Shown in pieces: positions 27,301 to 42,300 of a stretch of 64,000 nt of DNA. The stretch is taken from positions 744,001 through 808,000 of the forward strand of contig OY253677.1 in the NCBI GenBank assembly GCA_958009085.1, read 5' to 3'. The notes below the pieces were generated by a model, which did no database searches, was not told the origin of the DNA, and saw only the letters and a list, made by a program, of their open reading frames with translations. The stretch's first letter is position 1, and each line of letters opens with the position of its first letter. The DNA is from Protoeuglena noctilucae. Taxonomy: Eukaryota. A program made the position numbers and the translations under genes.

Positions 27301-30300
27301 GGGGGTGGCTGCCGGGGCTGCACTGGCGGGCGGCGGTGGCGCAGCGGTCGTTGCGAGCGATTGAGGACGGCATGACGCTTCACGACGTGATGCTGTTTCG
27401 GTGGTGGGCGTGGGCGGTGACGCCGCCGTGGTGGCGGGGGGTGGTGGCTGGGGTGGCGGGGGCGGTGGGGGTGCGGGGGGCGGAGGGGGTGCGTCTGTGG
27501 AAAACACAGGAGGAGATGGCGGGTGAGTGGAGGTTGCGGTGATGCAATTACAATTGATAGTTGTAATTGTAGTAAGTATTGGTGGCGATAGATGTAGTGG
27601 AGGGGGTGCGTCTGGAAAACACAGGAGGAGATGGCGGGATGGGGGAATTGGTGTTAGTACAAGTAGTAATATCGATCAATTGATGGTGATATAGATGTGA
27701 CGTGAACATGCCAGCCCACACAGTTTCATGATATTACCATATACCACTTCATAATCGCAGCCAAGATGGACAAGCTGCGTGCGCTGATGCCCACATACTA
27801 ACCATGCTTATATTAATAATCATTACATTCCTACACTTCATAATCGCAGCCAAGATGGACGAGCTGCGTGCGCTGATGTCCCTGGACGGCGCCGCCCCCC
27901 GCCCCGACGACCGCCCCTCCCGCCTCCACCTCTCCCTCGCGTGCCCCAAGGTCAGCGTGGCGCTGGACTTGTCGCAGAACGCGAGAATGGGGGGGGCACA
28001 CCTCGGCGCGACCGCCACTGCCACGCCCACGGTGAGGCCCGACGATCGTGTTATTGTTGCGATCATTATTTATTGTTAATGTAAATGTCTACTATTTGTG
28101 TAATATTTTATTGATTTATTAACTTATCAAGATTTATTATCGTAACAAAATTATAAAATCTATATAATTATATAATTATATAATTAATATATAATTATAT
28201 ATAATTATACATACGCCTCATCTCGATAATCCCCCGCAGTCATCCCCTAGCAAGATGCTGGAGGTGGCGCTTCACGCGCTGTCGCTGATCATTACTATTA
28301 ACATTACTTATATCCCATAAACTGTCATTGTAACCATCATATCGCCATCCCCCCGCAGTCTCCCCCCAGCGAGGTGCTGGAGGTGGCCCTGCACGCCCTG
28401 TCGCTTTCCCTGGTAATGGGTCCGGAGGCATACGCAGCCAGGCACGCCAAAGTGGGGGCAGGGACGGCCGCGTCGCTGTTCGACATGAGGGGCAACGCGG
28501 GGGGGCAGGCGAGGAGCGGGGGGGGGCGGTAGCGGGGTGGGGGTTGCGATGGCAATTGATGTGGGGTGGGTTGCAATGGGCAATCGATGTGGGGTGGGGG
28601 TTGCGATGAGACACATGATAACTGGTGGACGAGCGTGTATTGATATACATATGAATTGACTTATTGTATTAATCTATTCACCAACTCACTCTCCCTCCCC
28701 CCTCCCCACCCCCAGCCCTTATCGGACCCCCCCCTCGGCACCTCGCCCGTCTCTGTGAACGTGGCATGCGAGGCTCTGAGGGCCACCCTCAAGTCGACAA
28801 AGGGGCAGGGGCAATCGCAGGGGCAGGGGCAGCACGTGGCCTGCAACGACGTGGGTGAGGATTTGATTTATATATGTATAAATATGAAGTGTAGATGTGG
28901 GTCATATCTATTATTTGGGGATAGTCACAGTCGCAGCACGTGGCCTGCAACGACGTGGGTGAGGGATTGTTTGTTTATTGATGTGTACAATGTAACAATG
29001 TAGATGGGGGCAGGCAGGCGGGGGCAGTGGGGTTAGTCACAGTGGCAACATGCAGTGTGAACTACCAGCAATTTGTGAGGGGCGGGTGTGGGAATAGGAA
29101 ATGTCAATAGTGCCAATAAGCAGTAATTATGATAAATAAATTGTTAATCTTTAATGAACCCCCCCTTTCCCCACCCCCAGTCGTCCCCCCCCCCGCCTCC
29201 ACCCCCGGCGCCCCCCACTCATTTGAATTTTTAAATAATAAATTAAGTAACAACCCCCTCTCTCCCCCCCCCCACACCCAGTCGTCTCNNNNNNNNNNNN
29301 NNNNNNNNNNNNNNNNNNNNNNNNNNNNNNNNNNNNNNNNNNNNNNNNNNNNNNNNNNNNNNNNNNNNNNNNNNNNNNNNNNNNNNNNNNNNNNNNNNNN
29401 NNNNNNNNNNNNNNNNNNNNNNNNNNNNNNNNNNNNNNNNNNNNNNNNNNNNNNNNNNNNNNNNNNNNNNNNNNNNNNNNNNNNNNNNAGACTGTTGGGA
29501 TGTGCACAACTTAATTGCACCCCAACACCCTCACCCCACCACCCTTACCAGCACCCTCGCCCATCCTCCCCCTCACCTTCACTGCCACCCTCACCCTCAC
29601 CCACTCTCACTCCAACCCTCACCCTCCCTTACCCACTCTCACCCAAACCCCCACCACCCCTCACCCTCATCCCCCCCCTCCCCCCCCCGCAGACGCCAGC
29701 GTGTCCCAGGGCCCCCGCTCTCGCCCCCCCGATTCGATCCATTACGCACCATCCGACACCGACGTCCCAAGACCCCACACTAACAACACCACCAATGCCA
29801 CTCGCACATCCAAGCCCACGTCCGGCCGGGCGTCGCACGGCGTGGGTCGTGACCATCACCAAGCTCACCATCCGCTCCATCGGGGCCAAACGTGCTGCGG
29901 ATGCTGACAACGCCGGCGGTGGTACCGTCGGTATGACATCAACAGCAACAGCGGCAGCAACAGGGGCATCAGCAGCGACTGGACCCACAGCTGGGGCCAC
30001 CGCCGGGGCTGCGGGGGTGGTGGCGCGCGTGGCGGGAGTACGAGGACGCGCTGGACCGGGGCGCGCGGGGGTGGATGGGCCGGCGCCCGGGCGCGGTGGC
30101 GTTTGACGGCCGGGAGGTGTCCTTTCGCATCTCCGTCTCCCTCGGCCAGGTCAAACCGGGGGGCAGGCTCACCCGGCACGTGCACGTGGTGGACGAAACG
30201 CAGGTTCTGGCGTCCGTAAGGTGGTGCCAGGAGCCAGAAACCCTCGCGGCACGGTTCCGCACCGCCTACAACGTGGGACTGGCCGCGTCGTGCGTCAGCC

Positions 30301-33300
30301 TCCGCCTGTCCCCTTTCGTCGAGAGCCACATACGCGCACTCTTGCAAGACCTATCGCCCTCCGTGCCCATGGGTGCTGGCACAGCCAGGGACACCCCCAC
30401 TTCGCACCCGCACCCCAACTTCACCCGTCGCACCGCCCCACGCTCGCCTGCCCGCCATGCCACCGCCGACGCCCCGCACTCCCCCGCGCGCCCCCCCCGG
30501 CGCCGTGCTGGGCCTGCAGCTGTCGTTGCAGTCCCTCAACGTCATGTTCTGCAGCCACGAGGGCGAGACTGAGGCGGACATCGCGTCGTTGGGGCTCAGG
30601 CATTTAGCCATGTCGGTCGCGTGGGAGCTGGGGGATCTCGATACGAGGCTATCGGTGGAGCAGATTGCGTTAGTGGATCACACGGCGAGGGCTGGGGAAG
30701 CAGGGAGGGCGGGGCGGGCTACGGGGAGTGGGCGGTGGGACCGGGGCCACCCCCAAGTGGTGCAGGTGGGCCCCACGCGCAGGCACCTGGGAGGTCCCGG
30801 GATCGAATCCGCGCGGGGACTCGCGGGGCCGCGCGCGCGTCGCGCCTTTTGCGCGTGGCGGGCGGCGACGGCGGCGGCGCGGCCGGCGGGGGCGGCGGGG
30901 GCGGAGGGGTGGTCGCGCATCCGTTCACTCCGTCGAACACCTCACCCCCATCCCCTCCGGCCAAGTGTACCTGGCGCTAGTGGCGCCCAGGGTGGGTTTG
31001 CCCTCTCTGGCAGTGGACGTGTCGTACCTGGGTCTTTACCTGGACTCTGCCTTCCCTAGGAGGGTGCTGGACAGCGCAGTGGCGTTTGCGGAGGGCACGC
31101 GTGCGATTTTGGAGACGTGGGGACCACCGGGGCAGGAGGGGGGCGGGGTGGGGGCGGGGGCGGGGGGTTATGCGGGCAGTGCGGGGGAGGAGGGGGGTGG
31201 GGTGGGAGAGGAGGAGTCGGTGGAGGGGGAGGGGGTGCAGGAGGTGGGGGGAGTGAGCGTGGATGAGTGCGTGTGGAAGGTGAGGGGTTTGGGTAGGGGG
31301 AATGGTGGTTGGTTGGGTGGTGATGATGTTATTCTGTGTGGATAAGAGTGATAGTTGATTTTTATGCAAGTGGTTTGGTAAGTAAATTGATGAGACGCTG
31401 GCAATACAATACTCACACCTATCTCTGTATGGCATATCCACATTAAAACACCTATGGTGCTTATCTCCATTCCACCCATCTCCATCACACCCCCACCCAC
31501 CTCCCCCCTCCCCAGGCCCTCCCCGGCTGGCTCCCCCTCGACCCTATCTGTCATCTCTCAGTCTCTTTTGCCTGTCTCTATTCTACCTCTCACCATCACA
31601 CCAATCCCACCTACCTCTCCCCACCTCTCCCCCTCCCCAGGCCCTGCCCGGCTGGCTGCCCCCCGACCTCCGCCCAGCTGACCTCCGCCCCACCCGCACC
31701 GGCCCAGCCCCGCGCGCCATCTCGCGCCCCCCCGGCCGCGGATCGGATGTGCAGATCCACGTCGCTTGCATGCGTGTGGTGCTGGCTGTGAGGAGGACGG
31801 AGCTGGCGCGCGTGGTGGCCATGGACGTCGACGGGTCGGTCGAGGAGGTGAGAGACGTGTATGTATCGTCTACTACTATGTATATGTATTTGTATATGTT
31901 TGTGTATATGTATATGTACCACCACCACCACAACACCACCCCACCCCCTCACACACCCACCCACACCCACACCCCACCACCCCCCAACCCCCAAACCCCA
32001 CCCCCCCCAGGTCTTCACCCCCCTGACCCCCGAGGCCGCCAATTTCCTGGCATTTGGCGTCGCGTCCCCCCGCGCCACCGTCCGCCGAGACATGACCGCC
32101 GCCCTTCACGTCGCCGACCTCACCGTGCTGGACAGACTCGCGCCCTCCCGATCCCCGTTCGCCGCCACCCTGCGCGGCACCGACGGTGGGCCGTGTTCCC
32201 TTGACTTAGCTCTCTACAACGCAGCGACACGGCTGGACTGGCGTAGGTACACGGCGGGGCCGGACGTGACCCCTCGCCCCGTCCCCCGCTCCCGGTCAGG
32301 CAGGAGGAACGCCTCTCTGGTCCCTGCGTTTTTGGCATCCACGATGCCCGCCGGGCCCAGGCCGGGGCACAAGGCGGCGGCGTCACACGACTGGGCCAAT
32401 GCACCCACCATTACCAACACCACCAGCATCAACACCACAGCTACTGTCAACCCGAACAGCATCAACCCCAGCACCGCCGGTATCAACCCCAACGCTGTGG
32501 TCAGCCCCCGCACCCCCACCCGCCCCCGCCACGCACCCCACGCCGACCATACCCCGCTCCTCTCGCCCACCTCCACGCGCCCCACGCCCACCCCCGCACA
32601 CGCACACGCGTCCGGCCTGTCGCACACTCTCTACGCCACCCCCGCCGGCATCAGCAGCGGCATCGGCATCGGCCCCAGCCACCCTCTCTCTCCCACGTTC
32701 GCTTCCCCAGACGCCCCTGCCTCCTCCGCCCTCGGCCCCGCGTCAGGCCCCGGCCTGACTCAGCCGGGGCCCTTACCCCGCGGCCCCGCGGCAGATCGTG
32801 CTGCGGCCGCGAGGTACTGGGAGGACGTGAGACGTGCCGCGGAGGACCCGCGGATCGTGCTGCGGGTGTCGATGCAGAGCGTCCGGTACGCCCTGCTGTT
32901 CCGGTTCTTGTGGGACGCGATGTTCTACGGTTTTGACATGGCGTCTGCGGTGGGGGCGGCGGTGGCGCGGGTTCGGGAGGCGGCGGGAGTGGGGGCGGGC
33001 GATGGGAAGGTGGGAGCGAGGGAGCCGGGTGGGGCGTGGGAGGGCAGCGAGGGCGGCGGCGTGGCGTCCAGCGCAGGGAGCGAGGCGGGGCGCGCGACGC
33101 AGCGGGGCCGGGGGGCGATGATCGAGGTATCGGTGACAGATGGGTGGGTCGACTTGCCGCGCAACAGCGTGTCGGGACAGGCGCTGGTAGCGCGGTTCGA
33201 CCGGGCCACCCTGACGCTCCCGGCGTGCCCGGACGCGCTGATCTGTCTGCGGCAGACGCTGCGGGCGGCCGCGGTGGGGGGCTACTGGGGCCCGAACGAT

Positions 33301-36300
33301 GCGAGCCTTCAGGAGGCGTGGCTTGGGGGGACTAAGATGCATGGGCGGTTCGAGGCGCCCCTCACCCACCCCGCGCGCGGCCGCACGGCGCGCTTCGCGC
33401 CCTCCTCTCGGTCCCAGTTTCTGGCTTCTGTGCTGGAGAGGCTGGTGGACACGTCGGGCGCTTTCTTGGGGACCTTCCGGGGTTCCCCCACCGCATTGCC
33501 CCAACCTGAGGGCTCGCCCCGGTCATCCCTGGCGATCCGCGTCACGGGCGCGAGGGTGTTCCAGACCATGTGCGACGTCAACCCGGTGTCCAGATTCGAT
33601 CCCAAACCCCACCCGGCGACGTCGCCCTTTGCGCACGCACCCTCGGCCCGCAGCAGCCCCACTCCGGGACTCGCCCTCGCCCGCGACCCGTCTCGCGTCC
33701 TCACGCGCGCCGGGCCGCCCGCTATGGGCCTCCACGCCCACGCGTCCGCCACCCCCTCGACACGCAATCTGGCGACGGTGCCAGAGTCGGCCGTGCCAGA
33801 GACGGACCTGTTCGAGGACGCGGTGTCAGGGGGGTCAGACGACGACAGCCCCGTGCGGCCGAGCGGGCGGGGCACGACAAGCCACGCGCACAGCCCCCCT
33901 GGGTACTTCGACCCTTGTCGCGCCCCCCACACCGCACCACCACCCCACGCCGGCCCAGGCAGGGGCTACCTCCCCCCCCGCAGCGGCCCCTTCGCCGCGC
34001 CGGGTCTCTTCTGGCGCCACATCGGCGGCGGGTCGGAGATTCTGCTCTCTTTGGACCTCGGCCCTTCGCGCGACTTTCTGGCGTGGCGCTTCCAGGCGTT
34101 CTGGCCGTCCGCCAGTCTGGTGTTTGGCGAGGCGCAGTACGACCTGCTGATGGGATTCTGCATGGAGAATCTGTTCGAGGAGGCGACGTTTTCTGACGAA
34201 GCCCTGGGGTACCTCCCCACCCAGCCGGGCTACCTCTACGGTCGTAGGGTGGGGTCCCCGTGGCCCCCCGCCCCCGATGCCCCCTCGCAGCTGGGCCTGC
34301 AGGAAGCGGCGCTGTTCAAACGATGGGAGGTGGCCGTGGATGTGCCGAGGATCGAGGTCTTAGTCGAGACGCCGGCTGAAAAGGAGCCGGTGGGGGACGG
34401 GCACCTATATGGCAGCGGCAAGGCACCCCTGGCGATACTACGAGTAGCCGATCTGCGCGTGGGAGTGCACACGTACCTTCCCGATAACGCCCGGCGCGTG
34501 AGGGTGGGCGCGGGAGGCCTGGCGTTGCACGACGTGAGATGGGGGCCGGCGGGACCGTCCGACCCCGCCCTCCTCGTCCCCCCGCCCCCGCGCTTCGCCA
34601 CCAACGCCGCGCGGCTCTGGGAGCGGTGCCTGGCGCTCTCCCGCGGCCACGCGCCCTCCATCGCCCGGTCGGCGCGTGACGATGCAACCACGACTGTCGC
34701 CCCCGACTGTCGCTTCCTCTTAGACCTCACCATGCAGCGACAGGGCACGGCTCCGGGCCCCATGGTGTTAGAGATCGCCACGCACGGGGCAGCGATCTTC
34801 TGGCCGTACCTGACGGACCTGCAGTTGATATGGGACATCGTCGAGTGCACGACAGCCTTCTGGTTCCAGCCATTTGTGTCGCCGTTCGCGCCCCGCCCGG
34901 GCCCGGACCCGTGGATTAACGTCAACGTGGTCATGGCGCAGTGCAGTATCGCGGTGCCCCTGCCGCCCGCGCCCTCGCTGCGCACGCGTGCCGACCCGCC
35001 CCCCCACGCCACCGCCCACCTCCTTCTCTCCACCGACGCACTGCGCGTGCTCTACGCTGCCGGGGGCGACGGCGAGGCCAAGCTCCGCATCGACCTGCAG
35101 CGGCTGGCCGGCACCGCGCGGGACCTGCCCGGGCAGAGCGCGTCGCAAGCGTCGTCGGCATCGCTGGGCCCCATCTTGCGCCCGGTCCGGGGCTTTGTGG
35201 AGGTCGACTGGCGGCGCCCCAAGGACAAGCGCATGCACACTAGCACGGCGCTGACCGCGGCGTTCTCGGAGATCGCCCTATCACCCGCCTTTGCGTACCT
35301 CGAGCCCCTGGCCGCCCTCGCCACCTCACTCTCAGCAGAGCTGCGGGCCAGCGCGGGTGCCGACGAGGGCGCGCGCGACGCCGTGAGCGGGGGCCGCCGC
35401 GCAGAGGCCGGGGATCGCGGTTCAGATGTCCTGGGCCTGTCCAGCGACGAGGGGCTGGCGCACGCGATGGGACCGACGCCGTCATCGCGCGTCGACACCC
35501 CCGCCGACCGCTCCTTCCCCGCCGCCACGCCCGCCTCGTCCGCGCAGACGGCGCGCGAGACGCCCCGCGCGGCGTCGGACGTCTCCGCGCGCGGACTGGG
35601 CCCCGAGGCTTCGTGGGGTGCACCGAGGATGGCGGTGGTGCGGGGGGGACCATCGGCGTTGACGGCGAGAGCATCGGGGGCGGAGGGCGACTCCGGCACT
35701 GACTGGGACGACGACGGGCGTGTGGGGGAGTCGGGGGCGTCGCCTGGCGGGGCGCTGTGGGGTGCGGAGACGTCGAGCGTGCATGCGGGGGGCGGGGTGG
35801 CACGGGCGGTGCGGCGGAGGGAGAGCCGCCGGCGGCTGGAGGACGCGGCGTTGCAGATGGTGGACGCGGCGCGAGAGCAGCGGGAGCTGCAGGCGCAGGT
35901 GCAGGCCCGCTTCCGACCCTCAGCGCTGTCGGTGTCTGCGTTACTAGAGGGCGTGGTGGTGACGCTGGTGGATGACAGATACGGTCACCCGATTGAGTCA
36001 CTGCGAGTGTCCCTGCGCGAGGCCAGCGGCTACGCGAGCCTGGAGAGGCCGCAGGAGGGCGCGCCCCCGGACGTGCATTGGCATGTGGCGGCTTCGATCG
36101 ACGTCCGGTTCCTCAACTCAGCCATCGACCAGATGGAGCATCTGATCGAGCCGTGGTCGGTCGAGGCCGAGTCGCGAGCGATGCTGGGTAACACCCACGT
36201 GTTGGTGAACAGCGACAGGGCATTGCGTGCGGTGGCGTCGCCCGCCTGCCTGCGGTCGCTGGGGGACGCCCTCGCCTTCGCGCGAGCGGCCCAGGCGGCC

Positions 36301-39300
36301 ATGCAGCGCTTCGCGGGGTGCGGCGCGATCGCCCAGGACGACGCGGGAGGCAGCCGCAGGGGCCTGGCACCCGCCACCAGCACCCCAGGGTCGGTGTCCC
36401 GAGGTTCGATGCGCATCCGCCCCCCCGCACCCGCACCTGCCTGGGCACCCCTCGCCGGGCAGGTTTTATACCGCGTGCGCAACCGCACCGGCGGGCGCAT
36501 CTCCGTTTGGGCCAACACCCACAGCCACAGCCACGGCAACACCCACACGCATGGCCACGCTCACAGCCACTACGGTCACGGCCACATGCAGGGTGCCAGC
36601 CCCGCGCGCCCCGGTCCCTCGGCGTTCGTGGACATCCCCGACGGCGCCGAGGTGCCGCTGCGACTGGAGCCGGCGCCCCGATTGGTGCGAATGGCCGAGT
36701 CTCAACTGGACGTCCTTGCTCGGACCGTCACGGTGCAACTGGAGGGCAACATGCCGCCCTTAGAAGACGTGATCGTCGATAAGGTGGGCACGTTCGCTTA
36801 CGAACTCCGCGCGCCGCATGGATTAGAAGATGCGTCAGTCCCGGTCATCGTGGAGGTGGGGCTCGAGAACCGAACCCGCACCGTCACGCTCCGGTCGACC
36901 CTGACGCTGCGAAACGACACGGCGCTCGGGCTCTCCTTCCGGGTTTACTTAGCCGCGGCCGACCGCGGCGGATCGCGGGTGGTGGACCTTCCCAGGCCGG
37001 GGGAGTGGCTGCCGCCGGGGGGCGAATGCCACATCCCCGTCGCACCCATGCGCTCCTGCCGGGTGCTGGTGGGCGCGGAAGGCCGCGAGCGGGCCGAAAA
37101 GGACGTGATTAACATCAATCCGCGGCAGGAGGACGTCTCGGACCAGCAGGGACTGATCGCGTGTCCCCCCCGCCCGGGTGACACGAGCACCGTCATATTA
37201 TCTCTGCAAGCCTCCACGACGATTCTCACCACGCTCAGCCCCACCTCGGCGCTCAAACGCGTCCCCTGCCACCGCCTGTCGTTGCGCCCGGTCGTGCGAA
37301 TCACTAACCTTATGCCTGGCGCGGCGCGGCTATCCTTGCTAGACCCCAAATCCGGGGCCAGCGAGGCGTGGGAGCTGCGGCCGGGTGAGACGGTGGACTC
37401 ATACGCGTTCGACTTGCACCACAAGCTGATGCTTTCCATGGCCTACGGCCACCTTCGCCTCGATCGTGCTTTGGCCCACCAGCCCTTGTCGGACGTGCTG
37501 GATAAGGACCTGTTGAGTCTCATGGAGGACGCGCGGCGGCAGCGGAGGCGCGAGGTGGCGCGGGTGACGCCTTTGGAGCTGACCAGAGCCGGCGCGGGGG
37601 CGGGGGCGGGCGCGGGCGCGGTGTGGCTGGCCCTGCACCAGCGATCGTCGCTTTCAGCGCATTGGAAGGAGATGAGCGTGTTAGCGGCTCACTGGCTGGT
37701 CAACGAGTCGGGGTTCGACCTGCGATGGCGCGACAAGCCGACGGTCCCCACCGTCGCGACCACGTCGGGCGCATGGGACCACACCGGGGCAGCGAAGCGC
37801 CGTCGCCCCGCAGAGCCCCCCGTTCCGATCGGCTCCCTGCGCGGCATCGTGCAGCTGAGCCTTATGTGGGGCACGCAGTGGTCGCGCGGCATTAACCTCA
37901 ATCAGGTCGGCACCAAGAGCCTGGTATCTGTGGTTTCCAGCCAGCCGCTGCGGTGGGAGGGGGAGGTGCGGGAGCAGGAGGCCAAAGAGAGGGACCGGGT
38001 GCGGAGGGCGCCCGGGGCACGGCCGGGGAGTGGGGGGCAGAGTCGGGATTTTGGGGCAGAGAACCCGGCGGGGATTGAAGATGCGACTGATAAGGGCTGG
38101 GTGGTGTACAACGCGTGGAGCTGGGAGGCCGAGGCGCTCGCGCAGGCGGCGGCGAGGGACTCTGGCGCACGGCGGGGGATCCCCCGGTGGTACCTGAGTC
38201 AGGGCGACCTGCCAGAGTGGCGCGACGCGAAAGGGCGCGTGGTGCACAAGCTGGTGGGCCTGATGAAGAGCCGGGAGCAGCGGGAGGCGCGGCCCAGACT
38301 GGACCTGGCGGTGGACATCTCGCTCGCCCCGGGGCCCTTCAGCGAGACGCGCGTTCTGACGCTCACTCCGCGCTACACCCTGCACAACCGGTGCGGGCAC
38401 GACGTGGAGGTCACGCAGCGGGGGCTGCGGATGCGCGGGCGCCCAGTGGTGTGCCGGGTGCCCGCGGGCGCCAGTCTCCCGTTTCACTGGCCCGACGCCG
38501 CTGGGAAGAAGGAGCTGTGCGTGCGGCTGACCGAGGGCGACTCCCTCTTCTCCGGCTCTTTCCGCATCGATCGCGCGGAGGACGTAGCATTGCGGCTGCC
38601 CACCAAGGGCGGCTCTGACGCGGTGATCTTACACGTCGTGATGCGCCAGGACCGTGCGGCGCTGTCGGCCACGTTCTTCACCGACAAGCCCCCGCCGTAT
38701 CGCATCGAGAACCGATGCCGGGAGGCGCGGGCTATGTTCCGGCAGGCGGTCAAAGGAGCGCGGGCGAGCGACCCCTGGCGTGCGCTGGAGGGGGTGCGCA
38801 AGCGGGGCGGGGTGGCCCATGAGGACTACGCATGGGACGAGCCACTGGATGTGCGGCGGCTGGCGGTGCGGGTGGAGCGCGAGCGATTTCAGGAGATGGG
38901 CGCCGCGCTGCACGAGTACCCTTTAGACGACATCAAAGCACATCCCGCAATCGTGCTGGAGAGGAGGCGGGAGGGGCCGGAGGGGGCGGGGGCGTGGGGC
39001 GCGGTGCGGGAGGCGGCGGTGGCGCGGCTGCCGCTGGAGCTGCGGGGGATGCGGAGGGCGGGGAACCTGACGAGCATCGAGCAGGTGTACGTGGCGGTGT
39101 ATGCGGATGGGCCCACGCGTGTGCTGGCGTTCAGTGACAGCCGGGACATCCTGATGCAGCTGAGGAACGAGGAACAGGAGCTGGCGTTCCAGGTGGGAGA
39201 TGAGAGCTGGGGGGGTGCTGTGTTGGGTGGGGGTTGGTTGGGGGTTAGGGTGTATGGGTGAAGGGGTTCATACGGTGTGCATGGGCTTGTTCAAGCAGCC

Positions 39301-42300
39301 AATCCTTACCCTCATGTTCACTGCCACCCTCACCCTCGCTGCCACCCTCGCTGCCACCCCCACTGCCACCCTCACCCTCACCGCTACCCTCACTGCCACC
39401 CTCACCCGCACCCGCACCCACCACCCACCCCGCCTCCCCCCACCCCCGCAGCGCGTGCGCCAGCAGCGGCTCAAGGAGCGATACGAAGCGGCGCAGACCC
39501 ACTTGGACCGACTGCAGCGTCGCAACCAGGCGGGGAGGGGGCGGCCCATGACCGTGACAAGACTGGGGGGTATGGGTTTGGAGGAAATGGACGGGGGATC
39601 GCCGGTGGAGGATTGGAATGCGCAGGGGGTGGTTTATACGCCGCGGGGGAGCGAGGGGGCGTGGGGAGGTGCTGCGGGGGTGCAAGGGGGGGTGCGGGCG
39701 TCAAGCGGCGAGGCGGGTGGTGATAAGAGGGCGAGCGGGGAGGTGGCGGTGGTGGGGCGGGTGCGCAGGGCTGCATCGGAGGAGCGGGGCGAGGCGGGGG
39801 CGGGGTTGGGGGCGGGGGTGGGAGTGAATGGTGGCATGGGTGTGGGAGTGGGGGTGAATGGTGCGGTGCCACCGCAAGCGGGGAGGGTACGCATGGGGTC
39901 CATCGGTCGGCTGTTGAGTTTGAAAGGGCGGCAGCGCACGCCGGACGCTCTGATGCTGGACCTGGGGGTGCGGGAGTGGTCGCGGTCAGCTGGGGCGGGG
40001 CCCAGGGGCGGTGAGGGTGGCGAGGGCGGTGATGGCGGTGAGGGTGGGGATGACAGCGAGGGACGGGGGGGGCTGCGGGGGTCTGAGAGAGACAGGGACG
40101 GCGGGCAGGCGCGCGCGGTGGCGAGGGTGGGCCGGCAGGAGAGTGATGTGGGGGGTGGGGGGCGGCGCAAGGGTGCGAGGAGCGCGGTGGTGGACGCCCC
40201 GGCTGGCAGCGACTCGGATGGGAGGTTCGATTCCGATTCAGGGATATCGGAGGCTTTATCGGGGAGGCACCAGCGCCGGAGGAGCTCGCTGTCAGTGCAG
40301 GGGTCCCGTGGCGATGGGTGGGCGGCGCAGGGCGGGAGGGACAGTGGGCTGGGGGAGCTGGCTGGGAAAGGCGGGGGTACCCTACAGCGCGGGAATCGTG
40401 ATCGTGCTTCGCTTGAGGACGGTGCGCCGCTGCTGGGGGGTGCGGTGTCGTCATCGGGCGCGGCTGGGGCTGCGGGTGGCGATGCGCTGTTTGCCAGGAC
40501 TGGCCAGACTGACCCAGGGCTCGTGGCTGGCGCGGGTGGTCGGAGAGGGGTGTTGGGTATTGATACCGGTGTTGGTTCTGGCGCGGGCGCGGATGCCAGT
40601 TACAGCGGGACGGTGGTGGTGGCGTCACCGACCCCGCTGCCCAACCCAGCCCCACCGCTTGCAACGGTGTCCGCCCCGGCAGTCGAGTCGACGTCCACTG
40701 CAATCGACGATTCATCTTCCGCAGCCGCTTTGGCGGACTCTGCTCTGCCAGTGGGCGATGATGCGTCAGCCATGTCATCCCTACCCCCACGCCTGTCCCG
40801 TCGACCTCCGCCCCTGCTGACCAATCCTGACAGCGCCGTGCACCCCGACCGCCCCCTCAGCGCCGCGCCTGCGCTCGCCGCACCCCCCGCGCCAGCGTCA
40901 ATCGACGGCGCTGCGCAGGGGGCAGCGGGCGTGACGGCCACCAATGACGGCGGTATGAGCGATGCCGGGCGCCCGGCCCTCGCCAACGCAGCGGAGAGCC
41001 TGCGTGAGATCGGCGCGTTGCTCGCGCGCGCGTCGGACGGCGATCGGGACGGGGCGCCGCGGGGCGTGTCAGATTCGGAGTGTGGGGGCGTGGCGGGGAA
41101 GGGCGACACGGCGTTTATCGGTGGGGAGTTGGTGGTGCAGGTCAAATGCGGGAAGAATTTGGATAGGGGCCGGCCAGGCGCCACGTTCGGTGCCTATGCG
41201 ATCCTCGAGTGCCAGGGGGACCGGCGAAGCACGCCCGTCGCACGGGTGAGCCACGGCACGATGTATGTGCTGTGATGCAATGCTGCCCCCCTCAGTGTAC
41301 CCAGTTCATTTTAGTACACTAATTGCACATTACTGGTACACTACTTTAAATTATTATTAAGTGTTATTGATGTATGATTATTTATTCCTATTCAAATCAT
41401 CGTATCACCTCTCACCGCCACCCGCAGGGCGTGGGCGAGGTGACGTGGAATGAGGAGGTGGTGTTCCCGACCGTCCCCGTCACCGCGGACCTCCGCATCA
41501 GCATATTCCAGCGATCGGTCATCGGATCCGACACCTTTTTGGGAGAGGTGGTGGTGCCCGCGAGAGACGTGGCCGAGGGGCGCACCGGCGATGGTGGCGG
41601 TGCGGGTGGCGGTGTGGGTGGCAACGCAGCCGGCAATGCCGCGGGCGGCGCCGCAACGCGTCTCTACACCCTCGCGCGCCGCACGACCCGCCAGGCCGTG
41701 TCAGGGCACCTCGAACTGGCGATGCACTGGCGTGTCACGGAGCTGGGGGAGGTCACTTTACGCAACGTGATACTCGAGCAGAGACTCGATCAGTTACTGG
41801 AAGACCTCGCGAAACTGCAAGAAGACGACGCGGTGGGCAGGGGCCGGGGCAGGGACCTGCTGCGCAAGCCCGAGTGGGCGAGGGCGGGGGTCGGGGTGGG
41901 GGTGGCGGTGAGCGCGGGGAGTGCGGTGAGCGGGGGTGGCGGCGTGGGTGGCGTGGAGGTGGATAACGCAGCCATTTCAGCTACGGGCTCCTCGCGGAGC
42001 GTCGGTGGGCCCGGCGCAGTGCGGGAGGTGGTGCGGAGGCGGCTGGGGCTGCCGCCCAAATGGCGCGGGGCGCGGGGCGGGGGCGGGGGCGGCGGGGAGG
42101 GTGACAGCGTTGCGTGGGGCGGTGCGAAAGGGTTCGGATCCGGCCCGGGATCGAGCCAGGCGGGGGCGGGGGATGGGGCGGCGGGGCCGGTGGCGACGCG
42201 GGCGCGGCTGAGCCGACCGGGGCGGCTGGAGCTGACGGTCTTAGAGGCGCGCAATTTGGCGGGAGCGGGGCGGTCGGTGCTACCGTCGCTAGACACTTTC